From a bacterium (GTDB lineage: Bacteria; JAMCPX01): 47,010 nt of DNA. Made by a program: the position numbers and the translations under genes. The notes under the pieces are model-generated. The model had not been told where the DNA came from. It saw only the letters and a list, made by a program, of their open reading frames with translations, and ran no database searches. The DNA lies in contig JBBIVV010000017.1 of the NCBI GenBank assembly GCA_037439545.1, positions 1 through 47,010 of the forward strand. The letters run 5' to 3'. This document shows, piece after piece, positions 19,792 to 30,464 of this stretch (its first letter is position 1; each line of letters starts with the position of its first letter).

Positions 19792-20730
19792 ATGAAGATA
19801 GCTTTTATGTTTCCCGGACAAGGATCCCAGTTTGTCGGCATGGGCAGGGAGTTTTACGAAAAGTATGACGGTGTCAGGGAGTACTATGACAGGGCAGAAA
19901 AAAAACTCGGAATCGGTCTGAAACGGATTATGTTCGACGGGACGAAAGAGGAACTGACCCTTACCTACAATGCACAGCCTGCAATACTCACCATGAGTGT
20001 TGCTATCTCCAAACTCATAACCTCTACCTTTAAAATAGAGCCGGTTCTGTGTATGGGACACAGTGTCGGGGAGTACAGTGCCCTTACCGTGTCATCGGCA
20101 ATGGATTTTGAAGATGCCGTGTATGCCGTGAGAAAGAGGGGAGAGGCTATGCAGACGGCAGTAAAGCCCGGTGAAGGCACCATGGCTGCCGTTATAGGTA
20201 TGGATGAGTCTTCCATTAACGACCTTCTTCTTCATGCGCAGGCAGAAACCGGGAGCATTGTTGAGGTAGCGAATTACAACAGTCCGGAGCAAATTGTCAT
20301 ATCAGGACATACGAACGCCGTCGATTATGCAATGGATCTGCTCCGGGCAAAAGGTGCGCGGCTCGTAAAGAAATTAGAGGTAAGCGCTCCATTTCATTCG
20401 AGCCTTATGCAGCCTGCTGTTTCAGCCATGAAGGGAGTTTTTGATTGTATGATGTTTAAAAAAATGACCTATCCCGTCGTCTTCAATGTCGATGCAAGTA
20501 TGCATACTTCCGAAGATGAAATTCCGCATCTGCTCTTGAAACAGCTTGTCAGTCCTGTCCGATGGGTTGATACAATTATTTTTGCAATTAAACAGGGGGC
20601 AGATACCTTTATAGAAATCGGACCCGGGAAGGTATTGACAGGTCTTGTTAAAAGAATAAACAGTTCTGTCAGATTGTTTAGCGTGAATGATCCTTCGACG
20701 TTTGAACAATTAAACGTTCTTATACAATAA
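19792..20730 (+). CDS. fabD: Malonyl-CoA:ACP transacylase
   Basis: FPGQGSQ, GHSVGEY, VSAPFHS, EIGPGKVL. Confidence 0.97.
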   Translation: MKIAFMFPGQGSQFVGMGREFYEKYDGVREYYDRAEKKLGIGLKRIMFDGTKEELTLTYNAQPAILTMSVAISKLITSTFKIEPVLCMGHSVGEYSALTVSSAMDFEDAVYAVRKRGEAMQTAVKPGEGTMAAVIGMDESSINDLLLHAQAETGSIVEVANYNSPEQIVISGHTNAVDYAMDLLRAKGARLVKKLEVSAPFHSSLMQPAVSAMKGVFDCMMFKKMTYPVVFNVDASMHTSEDEIPHLLLKQLVSPVRWVDTIIFAIKQGADTFIEIGPGKVLTGLVKRINSSVRLFSVNDPSTFEQLNVLIQ

Positions 20731-20732
20731 TC

Positions 20733-21479
20733 ATGGCTTATGATTTCTCAAACAGGATAGCGCTCGTAACAGGCGGTGCAAGAGGCATTGGCAGGGCCAT
20801 TGCGGAAAGGCTCCTTTCCTGCAATGCTGTCGTTGTAATCGCGTATAACAGGTCACAGCAGGATGCGGACTCCTTGTGCAAGGCTGCTGAAGCAGACGGA
20901 AAGAAGCTGTATGCTTTAAAGTGCGATGTGTCCAACCCCGGTGATGTACTCAACGCGGTAAGTCATGTGGAGAAAAATTTCGGACAGATTGATTTCTTGA
21001 TTAACAATGCGGGCATTACGAGGGATACCATAGTGTTGAGAATGAAGGATGAGCAATGGCAGGAGGTCATCAATACCAATCTGAACGGAGTGTTCTACTG
21101 TACGAGAAGTGTTCTCAAGCTCATGCTTAAAAAGCGGTACGGGAGGATAGTGAACATATCCTCTGTTGTCGGCATGGCAGGGAATCCTGGACAGGCCAAT
21201 TATGCAGCCGCAAAAGCAGGCATCATTGGATTCTCAAAATCCGTCGCACGGGAGATGGGCAGCAGGAATATACTCGTAAATGTTGTGGCACCGGGTTATA
21301 TTGAAACGGATATGGTTTCTGGTATACCACAGGAAGCAAAGTCAGGTATTCTGAAGACCATTCCGCAGGGACGCTACGGTACGACCGGTGATATTGCGAA
21401 TGTGGTTTGTTTTTTATTGTCGGAAGAAGCAGGTTATATAAACGGTGCTGTGATAGATGTAAATGGAGGCATGTATTGA
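20733..21479 (+). CDS. fabG: 3-oxoacyl-ACP reductase
   Basis: TGGARGIG, NNAGITRD, GQANYAAAK. Confidence 0.95.
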   Translation: MAYDFSNRIALVTGGARGIGRAIAERLLSCNAVVVIAYNRSQQDADSLCKAAEADGKKLYALKCDVSNPGDVLNAVSHVEKNFGQIDFLINNAGITRDTIVLRMKDEQWQEVINTNLNGVFYCTRSVLKLMLKKRYGRIVNISSVVGMAGNPGQANYAAAKAGIIGFSKSVAREMGSRNILVNVVAPGYIETDMVSGIPQEAKSGILKTIPQGRYGTTGDIANVVCFLLSEEAGYINGAVIDVNGGMY

Positions 21480-21586
21480 ATAACCCTAACTGCATCAGGG
21501 CGAAAACCGGATTGCTTCGTAGATCCCAAGGCACTACCCGCAACCACGGGACGGAAATATTTAATTAAAACAAAGGAGGAGAATGT

Positions 21587-21826
21587 ATGGCACTCGAAAA
21601 AAAGGTAAGAGAGATTATAGCGGACAGGTTAAAACTTGATATAGAGCAGGTTCAGCCCAATTCAAGATTTATAGAGGATCTGGGAGCGGATTCTCTCGAT
21701 ATTGTTGAGATGATCATGCAGATGGAAGAAGATTTCGGCATAACAATACCTGATGAGGATGCAGAAAAGATCAAGACGGTCGGAGATGCTATCTCCTATA
21801 TTAAGTCACAGGGTGTTAATGACTAA
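21587..21826 (+). CDS. acpP: Acyl carrier protein
   Basis: [25 protein letters not shown]. Confidence 0.97.
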   Translation: MALEKKVREIIADRLKLDIEQVQPNSRFIEDLGADSLDIVEMIMQMEEDFGITIPDEDAEKIKTVGDAISYIKSQGVND

Positions 21827-23066
21827 AAGAAGGGTGGTAATTACTGGACTTGGCACGGTTAATCCGCTCGGGAACAGGGTGGAAGAATCGTGGTCAGGCC
21901 TATTGCACGGTGCATCGGGCATCGATCGCATTACACGGTTCGACCCTTCACCTTATGAGGTTCGAATAGCAGGCGAAGTGAAAGGATTTGACCCCGAGGC
22001 ATACATTGAGAAAAGAGACATCAAAAAAATGTCGCTTTTTATTCAGTATGCAATGGCATCTGCCATCATGTCGTTCAAAGACAGCGGCTTAACGGAGGCT
22101 GATATAAATAAGGAAAAGATGGGTGTCATCATAGGCAGCGGCATGGGAGGACTGGAAAGTATAGAATACTACCATGATGCGCTCTTAAGAGGAGGAAGCC
22201 GCAAAATTTCTCCGTTTTTCATACCCATGACCGTCGGGAATATGGCATCAGGCTATGTCGCGATAAAGCTCGGTGCTCTGGGGCCAAACCTCTGCATAAC
22301 GACCGCATGTGCTTCGGGAAGCCATTCCCTTGGAGAGGCATACAGGTATATTCAGCATGATCTTGCCGACATCATTATTGCAGGCGGTGCGGAGTCTACC
22401 ATAACGCCTCTTGCATTTGCCGGCTTCACGAATATGAAGGCGCTCTCATCCTCGCACAATGATACTCCTAAACAGGCTTCAAGACCGTTTGATCTGAGCA
22501 GAGATGGGTTTGTAATGAGTGAAGGAGCCGGAGTGCTTGTGCTCGAGTCTTATGAACACGCAAAGGCAAGGAACGCAAGAATGTATGCCGAGATCATAGG
22601 GTACGCGGCAAATGGTGATGCGTATCATATAACAGCCCCATCCCAGGACGGCAAAGGGGCTGTTCAGTGTATGCACAAGGCAATTACTGATGCGGGTATC
22701 GAGACAGGGGAAGTCGACTATATCAATGCACATGGTACATCGACGAAGTATAACGATCAGATTGAGACCCATGCGATAAAAACTGTTTTCAGTGAACATG
22801 CGTACAAACTTATTGTAAGCTCCACCAAGGGAGCAACAGGCCACTTGCTCGGAGCTGCCGGCGCGATTGAGGCAATTTTCAGCGTACTCGCGATTTATAA
22901 CGATACGATACCACCGACTATCAATTACACGTCGCCTGATCCGGAATGCGATCTGAACTATGCTCCGAATACACCTGTTCAAAGAAAAGTAAAAGTCGCG
23001 GTCTCCAATTCATTCGGTTTTGGTGGCACGAACGCGGTGCTGATCTTTAAGAAGGTGGCGGATTGA
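21819..23066 (+). CDS. fabF: 3-oxoacyl-ACP synthase II
   Basis: [39 protein letters not shown]. Confidence 0.97.
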   Translation: MTKRRVVITGLGTVNPLGNRVEESWSGLLHGASGIDRITRFDPSPYEVRIAGEVKGFDPEAYIEKRDIKKMSLFIQYAMASAIMSFKDSGLTEADINKEKMGVIIGSGMGGLESIEYYHDALLRGGSRKISPFFIPMTVGNMASGYVAIKLGALGPNLCITTACASGSHSLGEAYRYIQHDLADIIIAGGAESTITPLAFAGFTNMKALSSSHNDTPKQASRPFDLSRDGFVMSEGAGVLVLESYEHAKARNARMYAEIIGYAANGDAYHITAPSQDGKGAVQCMHKAITDAGIETGEVDYINAHGTSTKYNDQIETHAIKTVFSEHAYKLIVSSTKGATGHLLGAAGAIEAIFSVLAIYNDTIPPTINYTSPDPECDLNYAPNTPVQRKVKVAVSNSFGFGGTNAVLIFKKVAD

Positions 23067-24763
23067 AGATCGCAATTGCTTCGGATCATGCAGGATTCGC
23101 ATTAAAAGAAGAAATAATAAAATTTCTCAAAAGCAAGAATATCGAAATCGTTAATCTTGGCACCTACTCGGAGAATTCCGTCGATTATCCCGACTATGCG
23201 GAGAAGGTTGCCGATGCAATCATAGAAAAAAAAGCGGACAAAGGGGTCCTTGTTTGCGGAACAGGCATTGGAATGTCTATTTCGGCAAATAAGAAGAGCG
23301 GTATTATAGCAGCGCTTGTTTACAGCGATTTCACGGCTGAGATGGCTGCAAGACATAACAGGGCGAATATAATAACGCTGGGCGCAAGGACCATGCAAAG
23401 ACAGGATGCCCTCAGATATGTCGATATATGGATGAATACGGCATTTGAAGGCGGCAGACATGAGGACAGAGTTGAAAAGATCTTTAATTTGGAGAAAAGA
23501 CGGAAGGAGAGATATTTTATGAATAATTTAAAGCAAACCGACGGAGAAGTTTATAATGCAATTACCGCAGAGGTGAAACGGCAGCAGACCACGCTCGAGC
23601 TTATAGCTTCCGAGAATATTGTAAGCATGGCTGTGCTCGAAGCAATGGGCAGTGTCATGACCAATAAGTATGCAGAGGGATACCCCGGTAAAAGGTATTA
23701 CGGCGGCTGCGAAAATATGGATACAGTCGAACAGCTTGCAATGGACAGGGCAAAAGCACTATTTGGTGCAGATTATGTCAATGTGCAGCCGCATTCAGGA
23801 GCACAGGCAAATATGGCCGTTTATTTTGCATTTCTCAATTACGGGGATACGATTATGGGTATGAACCTTGCTCACGGCGGACATCTTACCCATGGGAGTC
23901 CGGTAAATTTTTCCGGTAAATTTTACAAGGTGATCCCCTATGGTGTGCGGAAGGACACAAAGACCATTGATTATGAAGAACTGGAGAAACTTGCACTGGA
24001 GCACAAGCCGAAGCTCATTATTGCCGGTGCATCAGCGTATCCGAGAACGATCGATTTCGAACGCTTTTCCAAGATTGCGAGGGCTTGCGGTGCACATTTG
24101 ATGGTCGATATGGCACACATTGCAGGGCTTGTTGCAGCAGGGCTGCATCCGAGTCCGGTGCCATGGTCTGATTTTGTTACCACGACGACCCATAAGACAT
24201 TGAGAGGTCCACGGGGCGGTGTGGTAATGGGAAAGGCGCAATACGAGAAACAGCTCAAATCTCAGGTATTCCCGGGCATGCAGGGAGGTCCGCTCATGCA
24301 TGTGATAGCAGCGAAGGCAGTTGCATTCAAAGAGGCCCTGTCTGGCTCGTTCAAAGAATACCAGAAGCAGATCGTTATAAATGCCGGCAGGCTTGCAAAA
24401 GAAATGAAGAACACAGGGTATGATATTATCTCAGGAGGTACTGACACGCACCTGTTCCTCGTTGACCTTTCATCAAAGGGGGTAACGGGAAAGGACGCAG
24501 AAAAGGTACTTGAAAGAGCAGGAATAACTGTAAATAAAAATGCAATACCATTTGACGAAAAGCCTCCCACAGTAACAAGCGGCCTGAGGATCGGGACCCC
24601 TGCAATCACGACAAGGGGTATGGGAGAGAATGAGATGGTGCTGATAGCAGGGTATATCGATGATGCATTAAAACATGCGGATAACGAGTCAATGCTTGGA
24701 GAGATCAAACAAAAGGTGATCAATCTCTGTAATAATTTCCCGATATATCAGGGAATGGTTTGA
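23063..24763 (+). CDS. rpiB-glyA: Fusion of ribose-5-phosphate isomerase B (N-terminal) and serine hydroxymethyltransferase
   Basis: SDHAG, DYPD, CGTGIG, GGRH, then [35 protein letters not shown]; no stop between domains; internal ATG at 23519. Confidence 0.92.
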   Translation: MKIAIASDHAGFALKEEIIKFLKSKNIEIVNLGTYSENSVDYPDYAEKVADAIIEKKADKGVLVCGTGIGMSISANKKSGIIAALVYSDFTAEMAARHNRANIITLGARTMQRQDALRYVDIWMNTAFEGGRHEDRVEKIFNLEKRRKERYFMNNLKQTDGEVYNAITAEVKRQQTTLELIASENIVSMAVLEAMGSVMTNKYAEGYPGKRYYGGCENMDTVEQLAMDRAKALFGADYVNVQPHSGAQANMAVYFAFLNYGDTIMGMNLAHGGHLTHGSPVNFSGKFYKVIPYGVRKDTKTIDYEELEKLALEHKPKLIIAGASAYPRTIDFERFSKIARACGAHLMVDMAHIAGLVAAGLHPSPVPWSDFVTTTTHKTLRGPRGGVVMGKAQYEKQLKSQVFPGMQGGPLMHVIAAKAVAFKEALSGSFKEYQKQIVINAGRLAKEMKNTGYDIISGGTDTHLFLVDLSSKGVTGKDAEKVLERAGITVNKNAIPFDEKPPTVTSGLRIGTPAITTRGMGENEMVLIAGYIDDALKHADNESMLGEIKQKVINLCNNFPIYQGMV

Positions 24764-24768
24764 ATGTC

Positions 24769-25266
24769 ATGAAATGTCCTGAATGCGGATACACCGATAC
24801 ATCAGTAATAGACTCGCGTATGGCGAGGGAAGGACTTGCAATACGCAGACGCAGGGAATGCCCGAAGTGCAAAAAACGTTTTACAACCTACGAACAGATT
24901 GAAGACATAGCGCCCATGGTCATCAAAAAAGATGGCAGGCGTGAACCGTTTGACAGGCAGAAGATCAAACAGGGATTTTTAAAGGCATGCGAAAAAAGGC
25001 CTATAAGTATGGATACATTAGAAAAAGTCGTAAACCGTATAGCACAAAAATATGAAGGTTCCACGGACAAAGAGATACCGGCACGTGATATAGGCGAGGA
25101 GCTTATGTCCGAGCTCAAAGAGCTCGATAAGGTTGCTTATGTCAGGTTTGCATCAGTATACCGTGAGTTCAAAGACATAAGTGAATTTATGGATGAACTC
25201 AAGGGATTGCTGAAAACAAAATTTACACCAAAGGAAACCGCGAAGCGGAAGAAATCCCGTAAATAA
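24769..25266 (+). CDS. nrdR: Transcriptional repressor NrdR
   Basis: MKCPEC, VIDSR, IRRRRECPKC..RFTTYE, ATP cone, VAYVRFASVY. Confidence 0.97.
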   Translation: MKCPECGYTDTSVIDSRMAREGLAIRRRRECPKCKKRFTTYEQIEDIAPMVIKKDGRREPFDRQKIKQGFLKACEKRPISMDTLEKVVNRIAQKYEGSTDKEIPARDIGEELMSELKELDKVAYVRFASVYREFKDISEFMDELKGLLKTKFTPKETAKRKKSRK

Positions 25267-25307
25267 ACCCCGCCCTTTCTATAAGGAATTAAAAATTATC
25301 ATAGTAT

Positions 25308-25350
25308 CCCCGCCATAAATGGTGGGCTTTTTCTCGGGGTAAACCCCGGA
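25308..25350. terminator. Hairpins between convergent nrdR and peroxiredoxin genes
   Basis: CCCGCCAT-AA-ATGGTGGG followed by CTTTTT, then CGGGGT-AA-ACCCCG. Confidence 0.5.
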
Positions 25351-25351
25351 G

Positions 25352-25816
25352 CTATTTCTTGTCCTCGAGTACGTTTATGATCTCCTTGATATCAGGCAGG
25401 TCGCCGATCGGGTAGATCTTGAAGAACATGATTTTCCCGCTTTCGTCAATGATGATGTTTGCCCTTTCTGAAAACCCGTCTTTTTCCCTGAAGATTCCGT
25501 ATTTTTTAGCAACATCTCCGTGGATCCAGAAATCTGCAAGAAGGCGTGTATTCTCTATGTCCAGCGATTTTGCCCACTCTTTCTTGGAAGGTGAAGAATC
25601 AATGCTCACACCTAAAGCGACGGTGTTGAGCCTGTCGAATGTTTGTTTGTCCGCTTCAAGGGATTGCATCTGTTTGGCACATACAGATGTCCACGCAAGG
25701 GGATGAAACGAGAGAAGAACCTTTTTACCCTTAAAGTCAGAGAGACTTACATCCTTTCCCTCCTGGTCCTTGATCCTGAAATCAGGTGCAGGTGCGCCCA
25801 CGTTCAATCCAGCCAT
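25352..25816 (-). CDS. Peroxiredoxin (AhpE-like, single Cys)
   Basis: FHPLAWTSVC (PxxxTxxC), LLADFW, SERA; only one Cys. Confidence 0.88.
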   Translation of the reverse strand: MAGLNVGAPAPDFRIKDQEGKDVSLSDFKGKKVLLSFHPLAWTSVCAKQMQSLEADKQTFDRLNTVALGVSIDSSPSKKEWAKSLDIENTRLLADFWIHGDVAKKYGIFREKDGFSERANIIIDESGKIMFFKIYPIGDLPDIKEIINVLEDKK

Positions 25817-25833
25817 ACGTTTTCCTCCTTCCT

Positions 25834-26211
25834 TTATTTTATATTGAGATAACTCTTTACCATCTCCAGGACCTGTGGTCCCGATATTGGCTTCGTTATA
25901 TAAGCATTTGCGCCCAGAGCCATTGCCCTTTCTTTGTCCTCCTGGCCGCCCTCTGTTGTAATGATGAATATCGGCACTGCCTTATAAACAGCGTCTTTGC
26001 GGATAAGACTGACAAGCTTTAAGCCGTCCATAACAGGCATATTGATGTCCGTAATGATCAAGTTGAACGAATCCTGAGAGAGCTTTTTCAAACCATCGAC
26101 ACCATCGCTCGCTTCTACGATCTTTATGTTCTTGAGCCTTTTTAAAGAAAAGGCAATAAGCTGTCTCATTGTCGGTGAATCTTCTACAATCAAAACCTTA
26201 TATTCTTCCAT
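25834..26211 (-). CDS. Single-domain response regulator (CheY-like)
   Basis: VEDS, TDINMPVMDG, ITT, YITKP. Confidence 0.92.
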   Translation of the reverse strand: MEEYKVLIVEDSPTMRQLIAFSLKRLKNIKIVEASDGVDGLKKLSQDSFNLIITDINMPVMDGLKLVSLIRKDAVYKAVPIFIITTEGGQEDKERAMALGANAYITKPISGPQVLEMVKSYLNIK

Positions 26212-26227
26212 AATAGCTCCCAATCAC

Positions 26228-27067
26228 CTATTTCGTAAGCAGGTCTATGAAACCCTGTATTGTCGACAGCTTCCTCTCCGATTCCGAATACAGCTTGGAA
26301 CTGAAGATAGCCGTTGCAGCGTGCCCTGCGAGCAGGGTAAACAGCTCATGGTCCAGCGGTGTAAAGTTTTTCTTCTGCTGCAGCAATTTGTATATGACGA
26401 TTACGCCGATAACATGCTCTTTTATTTTAAGCGGTATTGCAACAATCGGATTGAGCCAGTCCAGTTTTAGCGAATCTGAAATGTCTTCCATAAAATAAGG
26501 TTCTCCGCCTTTTGCGACCCTTCCTATGGTCCCGGAACCGAAATTGATTACAGGAACCTGATTTTCATCTATGCCCTCGGACGCCATTATCTTTAATTCA
26601 TGTGTTTTCTCATCGAGCAGAAATATGCCGAACTCCTCGGCACCGATAAGATTTATGATGATTTCAAGAATGATCTGAAGAACTTCCTTAAAGTCGAGTG
26701 TCGAATGTAATTGATAACTTGCTATGTAGAGGTTTGCAAGATTATTATTTTCCTCCTCGACCTCGATATACCGCTGGGCAAAATCTTTATTTTCAGATTC
26801 AATCTCTTTTATATGGCCGTCTATTTCTTCTTTTTCTTTTTTTAATGCTTCTATCTGCTTTGCCAGTTCTTCATACTGTTTATCCGGAGCACCTGGAGTC
26901 GATTTTGCACCCCTCTTTTCTTCTTCGAGCTGAAGGATCCTGTATCGTAGTTGTTCATTGGTCTTAAGAAGCTCCTGAGTGAATTCAGCGCCCTTTTTAA
27001 AAACCTGCAGAAATTCCTCTGCCCTCTCAAAAAGATTTCTGTCCCTTTCTTCTTTTTTGTCCATCAT
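26228..27067 (-). CDS. Coiled-coil plus GAF domain protein
   Basis: N-terminal heptad-rich region; LHSTLDFKEVL, GTIGRVA, AIPLKIKEHVIGVI, LAGHAATAI. Confidence 0.8.
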   Translation of the reverse strand: MMDKKEERDRNLFERAEEFLQVFKKGAEFTQELLKTNEQLRYRILQLEEEKRGAKSTPGAPDKQYEELAKQIEALKKEKEEIDGHIKEIESENKDFAQRYIEVEEENNNLANLYIASYQLHSTLDFKEVLQIILEIIINLIGAEEFGIFLLDEKTHELKIMASEGIDENQVPVINFGSGTIGRVAKGGEPYFMEDISDSLKLDWLNPIVAIPLKIKEHVIGVIVIYKLLQQKKNFTPLDHELFTLLAGHAATAIFSSKLYSESERKLSTIQGFIDLLTK

Positions 27068-27180
27068 GACACCTCTGATTTTAATAAACTGATATGCCAT
27101 ACTACACAAATTGTCAAGATAAGAACTTTATTGCGAAAGATAGTGCTTGCATACGCATGTGATTAGTATATAAAACAGAT

Positions 27181-29739
27181 ATGGGCCTTTTACCGGTTTT
27201 TGCCGCATTCGTGTCGGGTATTTTACTCCATGATGCATATTTCATCATACCTGTTTATGCGTACATCCTTGCCCTTATACTGTTCATCTGTGCGTGCATT
27301 TATGTAAGGAACAAGAAGGTGTGGGTAGTACTGGTCGCATTTTTAATGTTTCTTGCCGCCAATGCATCGAATTACAGATCCGCTGAATGTTCGGCAAAAG
27401 TTTTATCTTTTTCACAGGGCAGGAAGGTACCGATATCCGGCTGGATAGACAAGCCGGTAGTGTTTTCTCCCGACAGAAAAAAAATAGTTCTTGAAATAGA
27501 CAGGATTGATGACAGGGAAATGTGCGGGAATAAATGTTTTATATTGATAAACCTTATGACGAAAAACAGTCCATCCCGCATCGATGTATGGCATGCAACA
27601 AGGGGCGACTATATGACTGTATTTGCAGCCCCCAGAAAACCAAAGAATTACAAAAACCAGGGTTCTTTCGATTACACGGCAGAGCTTGCAAGAAAAGGTA
27701 TAGATACCATTTCATACGTGAACGATGAGAATGATCTATCGTTTGATTACAGTAAGGCACGTACCGGGCTGCTCGACACGATAGAGAGAGCAATAGACAG
27801 TACACGCTACAGGATAAAACGAATCATAGAAACGCAGGTGCATGATCGAGACGCCCTCGGCATTATTTCTGCGCTGGTCATAGGCGAGCAAGGTTACATT
27901 TCTCAGGATGTCAGAAGGATGTTTGCGTCAACAGGCATCATTCATATACTGGTCGTGGCCGGCCTTCATCTCGGTATTATAACGCATCTTGTCTACCTGC
28001 TTTTTAAATTTCTCCTGTCCCGCTCGAAGTACCTGTGCCTGCACATCAATATACCGAAACTATCACTGCTTGCTTCCCTGATACCGATGACAGGATATAT
28101 ATTTTTAAGCGGTGCCAACCCGCCTGTCATGAGGAGCGGCATCATGATTGCCGTCTACAGTTTTCTGTTCCTTGTTGACAGGCATCAATCGAGATGGACG
28201 GGAATCATGATTGCCGCACTCTTGATACTTATGTTAGAGCCGGCTGCGCTTTACAGCATTTCATTCCAACTATCATTCATATCTGTCGGCTCTATTATTG
28301 CATGCATGCCTTTGATTACCATGACACTATCGCGTCTGGGCTTGTACAAGAATGCATTTACTTACAAGATTTTAAGAACGATGATCGGTATGCTTCTTGT
28401 AAGTCTTTTTGTAACAATAGGGCTTGCCGGTGTTCTTGCATTTTACTTCAACACAGTCCCGCTGCTCGGCATACTGTTGAATATCATCGTTATCCCGGTG
28501 TTCGGCTATGGTATATTGCCGCTGTCCCTTATATCTTCCGTCTCAGGTTCTCTATCGCCTTTTGCCGTACCATGGATAAGTCATTATCTTTTTATGGTAA
28601 CCTCATGGCTTATACACGGGAGCATTGGAGTAATAGAATATGTTTCGAATCTGTCAATAGCATGTATAAGAATTCCGACGCCATCAATGCTCGAACTTAT
28701 ACTTTATTATTCAATCTTGATAGCTCTGATCCACGCTCAAAGGAGCGGGTTGAATTTTAAGCGGTTAGAAAGTACAGCCCTGTCAGATAGGGACAATAAA
28801 GGCAGTTCTAAAGCAGCAGTATTTTTAACATGGTTCAGCCTTATTACGGTATCTGTTCCCGGGTTTATATTAATAATCGATGCGGGCTATTTCATCTACA
28901 AAACACACTACAATAAAGATCTGTCCATTACTTTTCTCGATGTTGGACATGGCGACAGTGCATTTATAGAGTTCCCGTATGGCAGGACAATGCTCATTGA
29001 CGGAGGCGGAGGCTTTTCGCAGACATATGATACGGGTGAAGCCGTCGTTGCACGGTATATATGGTCTTTGAAGAGGTCTTCGGTCGATTCTGTGGTGGCA
29101 TCGCATCCTCAGGTCGATCATATCGGAGGCCTTGGTTTCATCATAAGACGCATGCAGGTAAAAGAGATATACAAAAGCGACTGTGATCCGGATACAGTGG
29201 TTTACAAAAACTTTATCGATGCAGCACAGGCATCGAAGGCAGTGCTTCACACAATCACGGCATCCGCGGAATCAAAACATATACATGGAGTTGATGTCAT
29301 GTTCTTTACCGTGCCTCATGATACCTGTGATCCGTCCTCGAACAAGGACATCAACGATTATCCGGTGTTGATTAAAATAACATACGGGAATGTAGGTGTC
29401 CTGTTTACAGGGGACATCGAGAAAAGGGCGGAGCAGTTACTTGCCGATGCCTATGAGTCCCAAGACATGTTGAAGGCTACTATCCTGAAAGCAGCACATC
29501 ATGGAAGCAGGACATCAAACACGGAACGGTTCATTGATGCAGTTAAACCAGAAATTGTCATTATCTCTGCAGGGGAAAGCAATCCATTTCATCATCCGTC
29601 AAAAGATGTCCTCAGACGGTTTTTTGAAAAGGGGATTCAGGTTTTAAGGACTGACAGGAGCGGTGCAATCAGGATCACGACAAACGGCAAAAAGGTAAAG
29701 ATAGAAAAGTATGTGGAGGATGGACATTTGAACAGATAA
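27181..29739 (+). CDS. comEC: DNA internalization competence protein ComEC/Rec2
   Basis: HILVVAGLH, SFQLSF, FLDVGHGD, SHPQVDH, FTGD, HHGS. Confidence 0.93.
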   Translation: MGLLPVFAAFVSGILLHDAYFIIPVYAYILALILFICACIYVRNKKVWVVLVAFLMFLAANASNYRSAECSAKVLSFSQGRKVPISGWIDKPVVFSPDRKKIVLEIDRIDDREMCGNKCFILINLMTKNSPSRIDVWHATRGDYMTVFAAPRKPKNYKNQGSFDYTAELARKGIDTISYVNDENDLSFDYSKARTGLLDTIERAIDSTRYRIKRIIETQVHDRDALGIISALVIGEQGYISQDVRRMFASTGIIHILVVAGLHLGIITHLVYLLFKFLLSRSKYLCLHINIPKLSLLASLIPMTGYIFLSGANPPVMRSGIMIAVYSFLFLVDRHQSRWTGIMIAALLILMLEPAALYSISFQLSFISVGSIIACMPLITMTLSRLGLYKNAFTYKILRTMIGMLLVSLFVTIGLAGVLAFYFNTVPLLGILLNIIVIPVFGYGILPLSLISSVSGSLSPFAVPWISHYLFMVTSWLIHGSIGVIEYVSNLSIACIRIPTPSMLELILYYSILIALIHAQRSGLNFKRLESTALSDRDNKGSSKAAVFLTWFSLITVSVPGFILIIDAGYFIYKTHYNKDLSITFLDVGHGDSAFIEFPYGRTMLIDGGGGFSQTYDTGEAVVARYIWSLKRSSVDSVVASHPQVDHIGGLGFIIRRMQVKEIYKSDCDPDTVVYKNFIDAAQASKAVLHTITASAESKHIHGVDVMFFTVPHDTCDPSSNKDINDYPVLIKITYGNVGVLFTGDIEKRAEQLLADAYESQDMLKATILKAAHHGSRTSNTERFIDAVKPEIVIISAGESNPFHHPSKDVLRRFFEKGIQVLRTDRSGAIRITTNGKKVKIEKYVEDGHLNR

Positions 29740-29784
29740 ACCCGAAAATTGCATTCTTCAGGTAAACCGCATATTTTAATCTTT

Positions 29785-30345
29785 TTATCTTTTAACCTTG
29801 GGTATCGTAATTCCTTTCTGTCCCTGATATTTACCCTTTCTGTCACCGTAAGATGTCTCGCAGATTTCATCGCTCTCGAAGAACAGGATCTGGGCTATGC
29901 CTTCGTTTGCATATATCCTTGCAGGCAAAGGGGTCGTATTGGATATCTCAAGTGTTATAAATCCTTCCCATTCAGGCTCGAGCGGCGTAACATTGGTAAT
30001 GATGCCGCAGCGGGCATACGTGGATTTTCCGACGCATATGGTCATGACATCCCTGGGTACCTTGAAGTATTCGACAGATCTGCCGAGTGCAAATGAATTG
30101 GGAGGAATAATACAGACATCGCCTTTAAAATCTACGAGCGATTTTACATCGAATGACTTCGGGTCTACTATTGCAGTATTGATATTGGTAAATATTTTAA
30201 ATTCGTTTGCTATTCTGATGTCATAGCCATAGGACGAAAGGCCGAAAGATATGACCCCTTTTGATACCTGTTTTTCTGCAAAAGGTTTTATCATCCTGTG
30301 CTCAACCGCCATTTTCCTTATCCATTTATCTGCCTTTATAGTCAT
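29785..30345 (-). CDS. dcd: dCTP deaminase
   Basis: [30 protein letters not shown]. Confidence 0.96.
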   Translation of the reverse strand: MTIKADKWIRKMAVEHRMIKPFAEKQVSKGVISFGLSSYGYDIRIANEFKIFTNINTAIVDPKSFDVKSLVDFKGDVCIIPPNSFALGRSVEYFKVPRDVMTICVGKSTYARCGIITNVTPLEPEWEGFITLEISNTTPLPARIYANEGIAQILFFESDEICETSYGDRKGKYQGQKGITIPKVKR

Positions 30346-30464
30346 GTGCTTCCTCCTTTAAAACCGCTAAAACAGTTCATACGCTTAACAGATTATCAAA
30401 CGGATAGCAACGAAAGCCTTATACATCATTGCCAAACAGATTTTTCTTATTATACTATCTATGA

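Noticed and set aside
21495..21555. c-di-GMP-I riboswitch-like words (CAGGGCGAAAACC, GGGACG)
   Set aside because: Lacks the GAAA tetraloop P2 and the GCAAAGC/P3 arrangement
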